Positions 51,067 through 64,000 of a stretch of 64,000 bases of DNA are shown here, piece after piece (position 1 is the stretch's first letter; each line of letters opens with the position of its first letter). The stretch covers positions 24,490,001-24,554,000 of the forward strand of contig OX597837.1 of NCBI GenBank assembly GCA_951406725.2, in the 5' to 3' direction. The translations under genes were made by a program, and so were the position numbers. Source of the stretch: Octopus vulgaris (lineage: Eukaryota). The notes under the pieces are model-generated. The model did no database searches. It was not told the DNA's origin and saw only the letters and a list, made by a program, of their open reading frames with translations.

Positions 51067-52337
51067 CTAAAACATAACATTAATAACATTTAAATGAACT
51101 GTTACATTAAAATGTGAATCTGGTATATTTTTTTTATAAGGTAGAAAACGATTTATTGAAAATATTACATGTGGAGGGGTGATAAATCTCATACATTATG
51201 AAACATTTCTGAGAAAGAGTTGCAAGTTTTAAGAAGGTATTTTCAAGCTGCATAACAATAAATGTAGCTTTGGTAGAAACATTTGAATTATGAGGGAAAA
51301 CAAACTTAGTTGAGGGAATATTTCAATGTAGAGTAAAAGCAGTTGTCTTCAGAACTGACATTGACACCATGAAGTAAAAGTATATATTAGATAGTGGTAA
51401 ATGAATAGCTCCTGAAATAAGAGGTGTTGAAAAGTTAGCATCCCAAAAGGGAAAGGGAGCAATTTAATTTTTATTAGGTAAAGCATAGGCTCAAAGTACA
51501 CTGTTTGCTACATCAATATATATATATATATATAATCATCATTTAATGTCTGCTTTCCATGCTGGCATGGACTGGAGGTTTAATAAGAGCTGGTTTTAAC
51601 ATGGTTTCTATAGCTGGACGCCCTTCCTAATGCCAACTATTTTACAGAGTGTAAAGGGTGCGTTTTTACATAGCACCAACACCATGCTTTATATGTGGCA
51701 CCAGCACCGACAGGGTAACTGAGTAACTTGCAAGACAAAATGCCACTCAACTGGGAGAAGGGAGTAGTAGTGTGGGTGGATTTGTGACAGTTGAGAGATT
51801 AGGGGTATAGAGGAACAGGAACGGGTGTATTGCTGCAGAGCAGATACATGAATACTCCATTTGAAAATAAAAGTAGGGTGATGCATGAAGCAGTGTTGAA
51901 TTAAATATTTATGGAAAGTCATATTTAACATGTCTGAGTGCATTCAGGTGCAAGAAGACCTGCTGTGGAAATAGGAGAGGTAGGTGAAAGTGCTACAGTA
52001 ATTTCTGTAGACCAACTTCTTTTTCATATGTCTGTATAATATCGAAGTAGATACCTGTCTGGACTAATGCCAACTATTAACTGATAGAAGAATATGTATA
52101 GTAGGGGCATGCCTTGAAATTTTTACTCTCTGCAATAATCATTCAATATGCTGCTACAGCAACAAGAAAATAATAATAAATAAAATTTTGGTGCTGTTAT
52201 TTTCACTGCAAAGGACTTTCAATACACTGAAAATAACAGCACCAAAACAAACCACAGATACCCAAGGCACACATAGCTGCACTACTCAATAGTGCAGTAA
52301 AAGCACAATAAAAGTAATATTACTGAATAATAATTAC

Positions 52338-52397
52338 CATGGTATCAACATCATCATCATCAGAGTTGTCTTCATCACTGCCATCATCTCCACCCTC
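52338..52397 (-). CDS. TRIP12: TRIP12 window exon 8 (acidic 20-aa exon)
   Basis: EGGDDGSDEDNSDDDDVDTM. TAG/GT bounded, phase 0-0, at the position of the acidic tract in TRIP12. Confidence 0.85.
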
Positions 52398-52439
52398 CTA
52401 AATTACATAAAAATAGACAAATGGTATAACAAAAAATAT

Positions 52440-53440
52440 ACCTGCTGTGTGAGTGAAATGAAACAATGGCTGGATCAGGTCACGAAAGTTACAGTAAAGG
52501 TCATAGCTTAACAGATTAGGGAGAGAGTTAACCTAGATGAGAAGCAGTTTGGTTTTGTGCAAAGCACAATTGATACCATCTTCCTAGTAAGGCAGCTGCA
52601 GGAGAAACATTTAGCCAGAAATAAACTGCTGTACATTGGCTTTTGTTGATATGGAGTAAGTCTTTCATAGGATCCCTCCTTTCCATTCTGGTAATCACTG
52701 CAGATGCTAAGGGGAGATGAATGGCTGGTGAGAGCCATTCAAGCCATGTACAGGGATGCTGCCTGTAAGGTGCAAGTCAGCAATGAATTTAACATGCAGT
52801 TTTACCAAGGTTTGGCTCTCAACTTCCTTTTGTTATCATAGCCCTCCGGGCTATAACAGAGGGATTTAAAACTGGTTTGTTCATGAGAGCACTGATGATC
52901 TTGTTCTTATGCTGAATGTATAGTTGAATCAAAGAAGTTCAAATGTAGAAGCAAGGTCAGAAAGCAAAGACCAAAGTCCTGGTTAGTAATAAAACAGACA
53001 AATCACAAATCCCTTCAGGGAGATGGCCCTGCTTGATATGTGGAAAAGACAGTAGAAACTCCATAGAGTGTAGCCAGTGCAAGCTGTGGACAACCAAGAG
53101 GTGCAGCGGAATCACAGGAAGGTTAACAGAGGTGTGTAGTAGATATGCAGGAATAATAAACACTGAGAACACACAGAGATAGATTTCCTCCAATGCCCAG
53201 AGGGATCATAAGTAGTAGTAGATAATGTCAGTGTGCATGACAAAGTGCAAATATGTTGAGAGAAAAATTGGGTATAAAAGGCATCAGACGTAATGTACAA
53301 GAGATAAGATTGATGCATATGGATGAAAACAGCTGCATAAATAAGTGTCAGTCTCTAAATATGAAGGGAACCGGTGGAAATGGAAGACCTAGGAAGACAT
53401 GGAACAAAGTTGTGAAAAATGACTTTCAGATGTTGAACCT
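52440..53440 (+). mobile_element. Heavily decayed RTE LINE RT fragment
   Basis: IRERVNLDEKQFGF..TIDTIFLVRQLQEKHLA; ends GRPRKTW. Similar remnants at about 11770-11945 and 63300-63630. Confidence 0.75.
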
Positions 53441-53880
53441 CATACTACTGGTAACAGACAATTCCTACCTCAGTCCAGTCGTAAATCAAACCTAAGTACT
53501 GCTAACTAGCCCTAAAGCTATCTCTGCATTTAGCATTATTAGTTACACATTTCCAGAAGAGCTTTCTTATCACAAGCTCTCTGTTGGCTAGTATTATATA
53601 CCATTGGCAATTACACCATAAATACTGCAGCCAACAAGGAAACTACTGCGCTGCCATTTCAACCTCTTAAATATAGTACTGGAATTTCCTTTATAACATG
53701 CAATCATCTTGAGAAAGAAAAGGACACATTTGATAGTATGGTCCTAGATAAACGAGGGCTGAAAAAAATGAAGGAATTGTTATGGCTAGAACGCCTTCAG
53801 CCATACATCTGTTCAATCAGGGTTGTCCTAAGGTTAAACAACAAGGGGATATTCACCAAACAGAAGCAACAGATTCTTAC

Positions 53881-54015
53881 CAACTGTATTCTTCCATATC
53901 CTCTCATGACTAAATATCGCTCAATAGCTTGAACTAAAGCTAATGGGTCAATCTTGACAGGTCCTCCTTTCCACTGTTTTAGATTAGAACACTCCGGGTG
54001 TCGTTGCAAATGGCA
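53881..54015 (-). CDS. TRIP12: TRIP12 window exon 7
   Basis: [45 protein letters not shown], a highly conserved TRIP12 block. Confidence 0.95.
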
Positions 54016-54869
54016 CTGAAAATTTAAAAGAAAAATATAATAGATCAACATGGAACTTATTTTTGCAATATATCAACATGTAAGTTTTTGTTTATTTGTT
54101 TAACCCTTTAGCATTCAGATTACTCTGTCACATTTTTGATTAATTATGGTTTGGGATTAATTATGTCTTATATTGTAGCTTCAAAGTTTCAATGATGAGA
54201 TTGTCTACTTTTAGAAATGACACAGTAAGGTACTTGTGAGAGGCTAAATCTGGCTGATTTAAATATAAAACAAGGATATTAGAGGTAGATGTAATGCTAA
54301 TAGGTTAAAAATATTTTACAATCATTTTTCACACTGGCATTAGCAGAATTCAGTTTACACTTTAGTATAATTACTAAATTATATAAATACTTTAGTATAA
54401 ATTAGCTCAGGGAGGAGTTTCTATTTTCCTTTTTTAAACGCCAAGTACCGCTCTTATTGCTCAATACAATTAAAGTAGAGCTGTATGTCTTTTCAGTAGT
54501 CACCTTAAGCTGCTGTTTTAGTATCTTAACTGAACATAAACAGAAGAAAACAAACCTCTCTGATACAGTGCAAAAGCTAGAGTGATATTTGAAATAACTA
54601 AATTGTTGGTAGTATGGTATCTTAACTAAACAACCAGAGCATCATATTTCTGTTAACAGATCCACAATCATATGGTTCTGGAGTTGACTCCACAACCTGG
54701 AACCTTAGGCAAGTCTTCCAGGAGCTACATTTGAAAAGTAGGAACAATGCTGAAAATCATTGGATGTTGATGTCATGGGTTGCAGCCAACTACAAATATC
54801 GACATCACTGTCCGTAAGCAGAGCTCAGAGTAAATTGTAATGTTACAAAGCCCAAGAGGAAGTATTTAC

Positions 54870-54962
54870 CTTCAACTGGTGTGTGTTGAAAAACTTAAGA
54901 GCATTTGAACCTCTCCCAGTGCCTGTCACACCACCTGGAAGATCATGAACTTTAACCTGAAA
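54870..54962 (-). CDS. TRIP12: TRIP12 window exon 6
   Basis: [31 protein letters not shown] (cf. FPVKVHD...[11 protein letters not shown]). Alternative acceptor 6 nt downstream. Confidence 0.92.
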
Positions 54963-55965
54963 CTAAAAACAGGACAAGAATTTATCAATTATTCAAATAA
55001 TAGAAAACAAAAACAACAAAAAAAATACAAGATTCAATGTATTGTAGTATCAGCAATGGACTGTAATGTATACACCTCTAGCAGAACTTCAATATTTGTG
55101 AAGATTATTTTCAAAAAAATTAATTGCAAAAACATTGAATTCTATAACAGGTATATAAAAAAAAAAAAAAATCAAATGAATTGACTTCATTAATTAAAAT
55201 TATTTCTAATACTGAATGGTATTTAAAAGATGTAATTAGCTCTTGCTGTGAAAGCATTAATAGATTTAAAAAAAAAAAAAAAAAAAAAGTAGCTTTTTCT
55301 TGACATGGGACAATAACTGACTTTTTAAATTAAATAAGATATAAAGATGAGATTTAAGGAGGAGAGAAAAGGAAGGATAAAAACATCAATCAGCTGTTAA
55401 AGAAAAGGGAGTATCAAGCAAGTCTCATCTGTTACCAACACAGAAAGTTTGGTTGATTTATGCCATCAGTAAATGGAAGACCAAGAATCATCATCATCAT
55501 CATCATCATCATCGTCGTTTAACGTCCGTTCTCCATGCTAGCATGGGTTGGATGGTTCGACCGGGGATCTGGGAAGCCAGGAGGCTGCACCAGGCTCCAG
55601 TCTTATCTGGCAATGTTTCTACAGCTGGATGCCGTTCCTAACGCCAACCACTCCGTGAGCGTAGTGGGTGCTTTTTACATGCCACCTGCACAGGTGCCAG
55701 GCGAGGCTGGCAACGGCCACGGTCGGATTGGTGTATTTTACGTGCCACCGGCACGGAGGCCAGTCGAGGCGGCGGAGAAATTCAGAAAGAGCCTCAGAGA
55801 AGAGATGAGAGAAATGGCAAGGTGTTGCATAACAGTCCTAGCCAACCCATGCTAGTATGGAAGATGATGATACCTAGAGTAAGAAAGTTCAGTAAACTCA
55901 GTCGCTGAATGTGTGTGTGTGTATATGCGTAGTTAGAAATACACAAGATAATGAATAAAACTTAC

Positions 55966-56067
55966 CTGTTCTAAATGATGAAGGCAGCCAATCAGTTTAC
56001 TGACCAATGGACTAAGTGCAGGTGGATCACTTACTTCAATTTCTTTCACAAACACTGAATCAGGAGC
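55966..56067 (-). CDS. TRIP12: TRIP12 window exon 5
   Basis: APDSVFVKEIEVSDPPALSPLVSKLIGCLHHLEQ. TAG/GTAAG boundaries, phase 0-0. Confidence 0.88.
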
Positions 56068-56591
56068 CTAGAAAAAATATATATGCATAAATGCCAATTT
56101 ACTCCAAATATCTTATATCTTAAAAAGTTGAACCTTATTACACACACAAAGATTAAAGATATGCTTTTATAGCAGACATAAACATTACGACATAACACGT
56201 ATTTATATAACAGTCTTCTATACAGTTACCATCTACTAATTTTATTAACAAAGCATTAGTCAACCTGAGTAGAACACCACCAATATACTCCAGGTAATTT
56301 TTACCTTAACATATAGGTGCAGGCATGGCCATATGGTAAGAAGTTTGTTTCCCAAGCATATGGTTCCAGGTTCAGTCCCACTGCTTGGCACATCAGGCAA
56401 TGGTCTTCTATAGCCTCAAGCTGACCAAAGCCTAACAAGTGCATTTGATAAACAGAAACTAAAAGAAGCCTGTCATGTGTGAGGGCGTTTGTTTGTCCCC
56501 CACTGTTGCTTGACAACCCATGTTTGTGTTTATGTTCCTGTAACTTAGCAGTCCACCAAAACAAACCGATAGAATAAGTTCCAGGCTTTTA

Positions 56592-56639
<48 letters not shown>

Positions 56640-57259
56640 GTACAGGGGTTAATTCATTCAACTAAAAATTCAAGGTGGTGCTCCAGCATGACCACAACAT
56701 TATGACTGAAACAAGTAAAATAAAATAAGACATTGTAACTTATCCAAACATACTTTATATCATTGTTTTAACTTGAACCCCATACTGACCACATTCACAA
56801 AGCAATTGCAACTACATGAACAGTGAACAGGTGTATTGTCTTTGTCATGAAACTAGCTTCCATCATCTTTTTTACCAATTCCTCAACAGAGTAGGCAAAT
56901 GAAAATGTTTTAAGAGTATGTGATTGTTAGCTGGTAGCAGTAACTAGCATCATAATATTTTCATGAAACAAATCTTGCAGCTATCAAATAAAAACAAAAA
57001 AAAATCTCTTTTGTGAATCTTCTGACTCATCGCTTAAATACCAATTTGACAGTAAGTTGTGTACCAAACCAACAGTCGTAAGGTAAATAAAGTAGCTTTC
57101 TCAGGACATGAAAGGAAACTTTAAAAACAGACACACCATTACCCCCCCCCAAAAAAAACAAGATTTTAGTGAATTTTTCCTGTAAAATAATGAGCTCTAT
57201 TTTGTGGCTAGCACAGTCACATAGCTTTACTTGAGGTCTGAATTGTCATTAACTCATCA

Positions 57260-57305
<46 letters not shown>

Positions 57306-58398
57306 CATATGTCATGAATGACTACTTAATTTCATATGGTTGTCAAAGTAAAAGTCTTTATCTCTACAACATTATGTTACCCCTCAGACTATTGTCACAT
57401 GTGAGCTACAAGTAGAAATACTAGGTGGACCAAAAGTCATGCACTAAAACATTTAACATTTTATTTATATCACATTATTATTATTAGGTGGCGAGTTGGT
57501 AGAATCGTTAGCACACTGGGTGACATGCTTAGCAGCTTTTTGTCTGCCACTATGTTCCTACTTCAAATTCCACTGAGGTCGACTGCCTTTCATCCTTTTG
57601 GGGTAGATAAATTAAGTACCAGTTGCATTCTAGGGTTGATCTAATCGACTGGCCCCCTCCCCCAAAATTCCGGGCCTTGTGCCCTCTTAGTTCAGAGTGC
57701 TCAGCCAGAATTTGAGAAGTGCAGGTTTGATTCCCTGTGAAGGCTTGCAGGCCACTTTTAAAGGCAGAAACATTAGTGCACTGGGCATATGCTTAGCAGC
57801 ATTTCGTCCATCTTTCTGTTCTCAGCTTAAATGCCACTGGGGTTGACTTAGCCTTTCATCCTTTTAGGATCAATAAAATAAGTACCAGTTATGTGGGGTT
57901 GATGAAATCAACTTATCTCCTCCCACTGACCTTCTGCCAAACTTTGAAACTATTATCATTCATTTTGTTCATGTACAAGTATGTATGTATTCATCAATCT
58001 TCTATTTATTTTATTTAAATTTAGAAAAAATTGAAGCATGTACTTGACAATTCTGTATAGTACTGAAATTATTTTGTGTGCTACTTTTAGTTCTCGCTGT
58101 CTATTCACATTCTCTGCTTTCTATAGAATAAAATAACCTGTATCAATGTGTATGCTATATTCCTTACATTCATATAAGTTATATATATATATTTCTACAA
58201 GTTCAGTCTTTTAGTTTTAACAATTGAGTCTTAAAGAGAACAGAAATCATAAAGTATAGAGAAACAGAGTGAAGTTGATGAGAAAGTAAGAGAAGTGATT
58301 TGGGGTTTGTTTTGCGAGACAGAAAAATACAGTTAATAGTCATGTGTGATTACAAGCAAGATAGATACTAAAGTGAAAGGCTTGATGAAACAACTTAC

Positions 58399-58584
58399 TG
58401 GACAGTTGAGGAACACGTGGAGAAAACGCCGTATCCTTTCATCTCTTGCAACTGTTGCAGAGTTGGCAGTGAGGTATTGTAAGAGTTTATTCACAAGGCC
58501 ACTGTGTATCACTTCAAAAGGAGAGACATCACTGCTTCGCATAATATCACAAATTTCTTGAAGTGCCTGAATTCCATTATCTTC
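58399..58584 (-). CDS. TRIP12: TRIP12 window exon 4
   Basis: EDNGIQALQEICDIMRSSDVSPFEVIHSGLVNKLLQYLT...RIRRFLHVFLNCP. AAG acceptor, GTAAGT donor. Confidence 0.92.
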
Positions 58585-58884
58585 CTTAAAACATAAAATA
58601 AAATAAAAAAAAATAAAATAAGAATCAGATTTATATAGCATTCCATAAATATCTGTGTTTGGAATCAATATGTAAGTAACTGTTGTATACCACTATATAG
58701 CAATTACAGGCCACAACTTCCATGAAACCAAGCACAATAGTTGCTGAAGGAAAATAATTATAACAGAGAACCTCATTGTGTCCTGACAGTAAGAGGTCTG
58801 CTCACCAAACAAAGTTGTGTCAACCCAGTCTTTCAAAAACAAAAAAATTTCTTAGAAAATAAAATTTGGTGTACCTTAAAACTG

Positions 58885-59052
58885 TGCCGCAACCAGTATG
58901 CTGTGGCACACAGGTGTGCCACGAGACAATGCTATGTGTGCGGCAGTGTAACCTGAATATAATTTTTTTCCCCTATACTTTTAGTTCAGGTGTACTGCTG
59001 AATTTTGAAAAGAATATAAGTGTACAGCGAGTGGAAAAGGTTGTGGAGTACT
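58885..59052. mobile_element. Possible hAT/Charlie-like MITE remnant
   Basis: GTGGCACACAGGTGTGCCAC palindrome and GGAAAAGGTTG-type end. A similar remnant lies at about 32911-33100. Confidence 0.4.
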
Positions 59053-59573
59053 TCCTTAATCTACAGCTAGAATACTTAACAATACTAACAACCATATATA
59101 ATTAACTACATTACACTGTATCATGTGGCTGTATACTATACTGCTATGCACACCCACTTATGACTGACTGAGATTTTATTTTTTTCAGTGATTTCAATTA
59201 TTGGATTTGAAGTGTTTTTACTTGATTACATACCTTGTTTTCGGACACAAGAAATGAAAAGTAAAAATTCAGATAAGGGGAGACAATTCAACCAGACAAT
59301 GTCACATTGGGGACCCAATGCTGGCGTCTGCAATTCCCAAAGCTTGGGTCAACCCGAGGCAATGACAAAAGACATTTGCCCAAATTGTCATGTAGTGAGA
59401 TGAAACCCAACAGTGGAGGGTTTGCAGTGAACTTTTCAAGCACACCTCAGTACCTATGTCTATTGTTCTACAATGGATACTCAAACATGTATGATTGTCA
59501 ACTAAATATTATAATGTAACATTTTAGCAATGATAAGAATAGCTAGAACTACTGAAAACGATATAATATTTAC

Positions 59574-59677
59574 CTCAATGGTAAGATTGTCTGTTGCAGA
59601 ACACAACCGATTCAACATGTTTAAAGCAGGATGGCTATGGGTGTCAGAGTTGAAATACTGGTCGAGGAATCTGATTG
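59574..59677 (-). CDS. TRIP12: TRIP12 window exon 3
   Basis: (A)IRFLDQYFNSDTHSHPALNMLNRLCSATDNLTIE. CAG acceptor, GT donor. Confidence 0.9.
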
Positions 59678-60336
59678 CTGTAGAAAGACACAAAACAAAT
59701 ATAAATTAAAATATGAAATAGTTATACAACAGGCATGTATATATACCACACAGTAGGAAGCTTGACTTATGTGCTAAATGAGGGTAGTTGAATACTGTTA
59801 TATGTCATATCATTCATAACATCAAGGTCTGCATTGATATTTTAATGTAAAAACATTTTATCAAAAAAACTACGGTTCATATAACGAAATTTTTCATAGG
59901 CTTTTGTATAGTCTAATACCACATAATATATTTCAGTGTGTATTCCTACATCAAAGATATTGACATACATTTCTATATAATATAACAGCAGCAGAGATAT
60001 ATTACATATCTGTGTTTCTGAACACACAACTATGTGAGTTCTATCAACACATCATATCACCTCTGTAGTTCGTCTGTAAAAACAAACATCACCAAATCAT
60101 ATGTTTTGAATCAAAATATTACAGCCACTGCTGTGAAGAGGGGACAGTTATAGGCATGAAAAAAAGGGCGGTCATAGCTGTGAAGAGTAGACAGTCCAAA
60201 AACTGTGAAAAAAAAAGAGCAGTGCTTCATTGTGGAAAGAGGGCAGTGAAATCTACATTGAGGGCAACCACAGCTATGTTAATTATTTCATCCATCATCA
60301 TTTCAATACAAATACTGGAAATTTCTTATTGTGTAC

Positions 60337-60415
60337 CTTGTTCTTTGATCCATGTTTTCACCTTTTCTTTATGACCATATGTATTTGATGACACCATCTT
60401 AGAGACTGGACCTTC
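60337..60415 (-). CDS. TRIP12: TRIP12 window exon 2
   Basis: AG/GT bounded. EGPVSKMVSSNTYGHKEKVKTWIKEQ (cf. REKIKGWIKEQ). Phase fits neighbours. Confidence 0.9.
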
Positions 60416-62720
60416 CTACAAAGCAAACAAAAATTTTTTCTTTTAATATGCTTTTTTTTTTCAATGCTAGCATATGCTAGTCAAATTTTAAAGATGCAGA
60501 TAGATCACTCCACCCCATATATTATATCTACTACATTACTCAACCAATATAAAATATAATTACATCTAGAATGTGTAATCTTTCAGAGTATTTCAACACC
60601 TTCATTTTATCTTGCTCATACTACCTTTCCTGTCAACACCACACCAGTCATCTTCCCATTCTCTAGACATTGCCACTCATCCAGAACCAACCAAAATCAA
60701 CATGTCTATTTTACTACTTAGCAACACTAATCTCATATACAACCAACAATATAGCTATATCGAATATACAAGAAATAACTAGAATACATCAAAACATTCA
60801 TAGTCTTCTAATAAAATTTTGATAGGAATATATTCTATAAAACGTGATATTTTCCATTTTCAAAATATTTTTTTATATGAATACACTCAATCTCTAAAAC
60901 AACTTTTGTTTACCTAAAATCTTAATAAAATTTAAGGTAGATGAAGACACTTGTGAAATATAAGTACAGGCACTGGTATAGCTATGTAAGAAGCTGGTTT
61001 CCCAACCACATGGTTCCAAGTTCAGTCCCACTGCATGGCACCTTGAAGAAGGTGTCTTCTACTATAGCCTTATTCTGACCAAAACCTTGTGAGTGGATTT
61101 GACAGATGGAAACTGAAAGAAGCCCATCACACATGTGTCTGTGTGTGTGCCTTTGTGTCTGTGTTTGTCCACCACCACTTGACAACCAGTGTGGTATTTA
61201 CGCCCATGTAGCTTAGCAGTTTGGCAAAAGCAATCAATAGAATAACTACTAGGCTTGAGAAAATAAGTTCTGGGGTTGGTTTGTTTAACTAAAACTCTTC
61301 AAGGAAGTACCCCAGCATAGTCACAGTCTAATTACTGAAACAAGTAAAAGATAAAAAATAAAATAGGTTCCATGATGGACAAATAATGATTCATTCTGCA
61401 ACAAAAATAGTTTCAGAACCATTATTCTAAAAGAAATGACACATTGGATAAAATAGTTCTAGATATAATATTCCTGACAACACACACATAAAAAAAAAGA
61501 CTGAATGGGCAAAGCACGATTTCCTTTGATCAACAAAGTCCAGTGAACACAAGATAATGCACTTTTTATCATGCTAGGCCACACACAGATAGCACCAACA
61601 AATCACCTAAATATTGAAATAAATATGCAAAGGAGGCAAAGTTTGTTGTAACCAGGCCCAAACTCACATTTTCTGCCATTTTATGTTCAATCATCATCAT
61701 TTTAACAATACTATTTGTACTCCAGACATAAAAAAAAGCAGAGACACCAACATACAAAGAGCATGTCAACAGTCCCATTTGCACAAAACACCAGCAACTG
61801 CTGTACCTTGTCTTCCTTCCCTGTCACTACCATCAGAATCTAAAGCTATACAACAACAGGCAATATCTTACAATAATCCACTGTGTACTTAGTGAAGAAG
61901 ACATTTTTATCAGTCAGAATTCTAGAAATAATGGCCAAATAACATTCAAATTAAATCCTGCTATCTTTTAAAAGACACGATAGCTTGTGGAGTCCTGAGT
62001 GCAAAATGTCCAGGAAAATGGCAGCAATGGGAGAGCAGTTGTTTACTGCGGTGTTTAATCAAGGTTGATTTAGAAATTAAACACAACAACCACCACTGCA
62101 TGTCAAAGTGCATGGCATGCACCTTAAATGAGACAGATGCACAACTTACATGGAATGTTGGGTCTGTAGATCACACCCAGTCAATCAACTATTTATGTGC
62201 CGTGGGTCTGCTCAGTACAATCAGTATTGAATGGCATATGTGACATCAAGGTTACATTGTCCTCAATGATCATAGTGGTTTGCCTTGGCTAAAGACAGTA
62301 AGTGTAATACTAAGGCTTTGATATATTAAACTAAACCATGGCCAGAACTGTATCACAATTCCATTTAATATAAAACAGACAAAAAAAAAATAACACTAAA
62401 ACATTCAGATTACTAATTCAGCAGACCAAAAGTAGCCAAGCTAACGAGGGCTGCCTTTATAATTAACAGGTCACAACCATCATCATCATTCAACGTCCGC
62501 TTTCCATGCTAGCATGGGTTGGATGATTTGACTGAAGTCTGTCGAACCATTTTACTATTTTATAAATGGAAGAACACGTTGTATAAGGGAGTCTTGGATA
62601 CAATATCTGAAAATAGGCTGAGCTGGTCATGGCTGGAGCATATTTGAAACAGAGCTGATCTGAATTGAGAGGTGGAAGATGAGTAGCACACAAAAAAGAC
62701 AGTTGAAAGATTATACTCAC

Positions 62721-62833
62721 TTTTGTAAGAATAGCTTTATCAACATTTAAGCTGCCAAGTTTCCCCCAGCTTCTTGGATTCAAACTTGGTAAAAAAGAAC
62801 TCTTTGTGGATGTGGCAGATTTAAATTCTTTAC
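62721..62833 (-). CDS. TRIP12: TRIP12 E3 ubiquitin ligase, window exon 1 (gene continues upstream beyond window)
   Basis: TAG acceptor, GTGAGT donor. (G)KEFKSATSTKSSFLPSLNPRSWGKLGSLNVDKAILTK resembles vertebrate TRIP12 KSSFLASLNPKTWG. Confidence 0.88.
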
Positions 62834-64000
62834 CTACAATGAGTAGAATCATTAATAAAAGTGGTTGGTCAAAGAAGAGAATATGTCTGGGTTATCGAGA
62901 AGGAACAATTACTGAGATTGACTGCTATACGGAAGGGTAGACCACTAACAATACGAAGAAAGGGAAAGAAGCAGGTACACAAAGAATAGCCAACAAAATG
63001 TTTAAAATATCTGACAAAGATATAGCTATAGATTCATTCTGCAACAAAAATAATTTCAGAACCATTATTCTAAAAGAAATGACACGTTGGATAAAATAGT
63101 TCTAGATATAATATTCCTGACAACACACACACAAATAAAAAGACTGAATGGGCAAAGCACGATTTCCTTTGAAGGGTAAAACAGGGCTGATCGTGTATAA
63201 AAATCAGTCAGACAGTACAGGGAAGTGTTATCTCCCTTGGTATAAGCTGCCGCAATAGCAGCATGAACTACTCACAAGTGTCATGAAAGATGCTTGCAGA
63301 GTAACTAGAGAGGCATTAGGCTGGCAGAAAGTGACTGCTCAGCTAAACAAGGAGAAAACTAGTTCGGGCAAGATGCAGTTTGGGTTTTTGAGCCAGTAAT
63401 TAAGTTAATTGTAGAATTTCTTAGCCAAGAACAAACAACTACATTTAGAATTCATTAACTTGGGAGAAATTGTTTGAAAGGGTAAAACATTCCAAGGAGT
63501 AAAGATATGTGAAGCTTGCATTGTCAGAGCAATGAAATCAGTAAGGAATTTAGCACACAAAAAGGTATCTATCGGGTATCAGTTTTCAACCCACTCTTAT
63601 TTATAATAGTTGTCCAGGCTATAACATGCTGATAGTTTTGTAGCTTGCACCAAGAGAGATAACACTTCCCTGTACTGCCTGACTGGTTTTTCTTGAAAAA
63701 CTATTCTGACAACTTAGTCAAAAAATAACAGCTAAGTTCCTTTAAATAGAATCAAAAAACAAGAGACTTCTGTAGCCCCATTCAGTTGAAGGGGATCTAA
63801 GTCCTGCAAAGCTGCATGGCGATCTCACTGGTGCTGGTGTCACAAAAAAAAGCATCCAGTATTCTTTGTAAAGTGGTTGGTGAGAAGGTTCATTCTAGCC
63901 ATACAAACCATGCTGAAGCAGGGGAAGTGTCAGGTCCTGTCAAACTCATGCCAGCATGGAAGATGGATATTAAAAGATGATGAAGTAGGTAGAAAGTCTG

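Overview
AT-rich, repeat-dense eukaryotic genomic DNA. The SINE, RTE and MITE families look like those of octopod cephalopods (Octopus); this is recognition from memory, not a database result. Two protein-coding genes lie tail-to-tail. (1) On the + strand, a 1.07-kb terminal coding exon (4562-5635) encodes a Cys-rich leucine-rich-repeat protein, probably F-box/LRR type. (2) On the - strand, I traced the 3' 21 coding exons (62833 to 23851, about 951 aa, all GT-AG introns, frames consistent) of the HECT E3 ubiquitin ligase TRIP12, including the catalytic [16 protein letters not shown] motif. The rest is interspersed repeats: several tRNA-derived SINE families, 3' ends of RTE and CR1 LINEs, an R4/Dong-like endonuclease fragment, TTAA piggyBac-like MITEs, a Helitron, mariner/pogo/hAT remnants and long microsatellites. 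The most unusual signals are: tandem arrays of a conserved hairpin plus H-type pseudoknot RNA module in an RTE-type 3' tail; head-to-tail SINE concatemers with a fixed junction inside single target-site duplications; one SINE head joined to three different tails; a Crypton-like palindromic element; a decayed minimal hammerhead motif; and several intronic fold-backs in TRIP12 that could be RNA-editing substrates. No CRISPR array, rRNA or intact tRNA gene was found.
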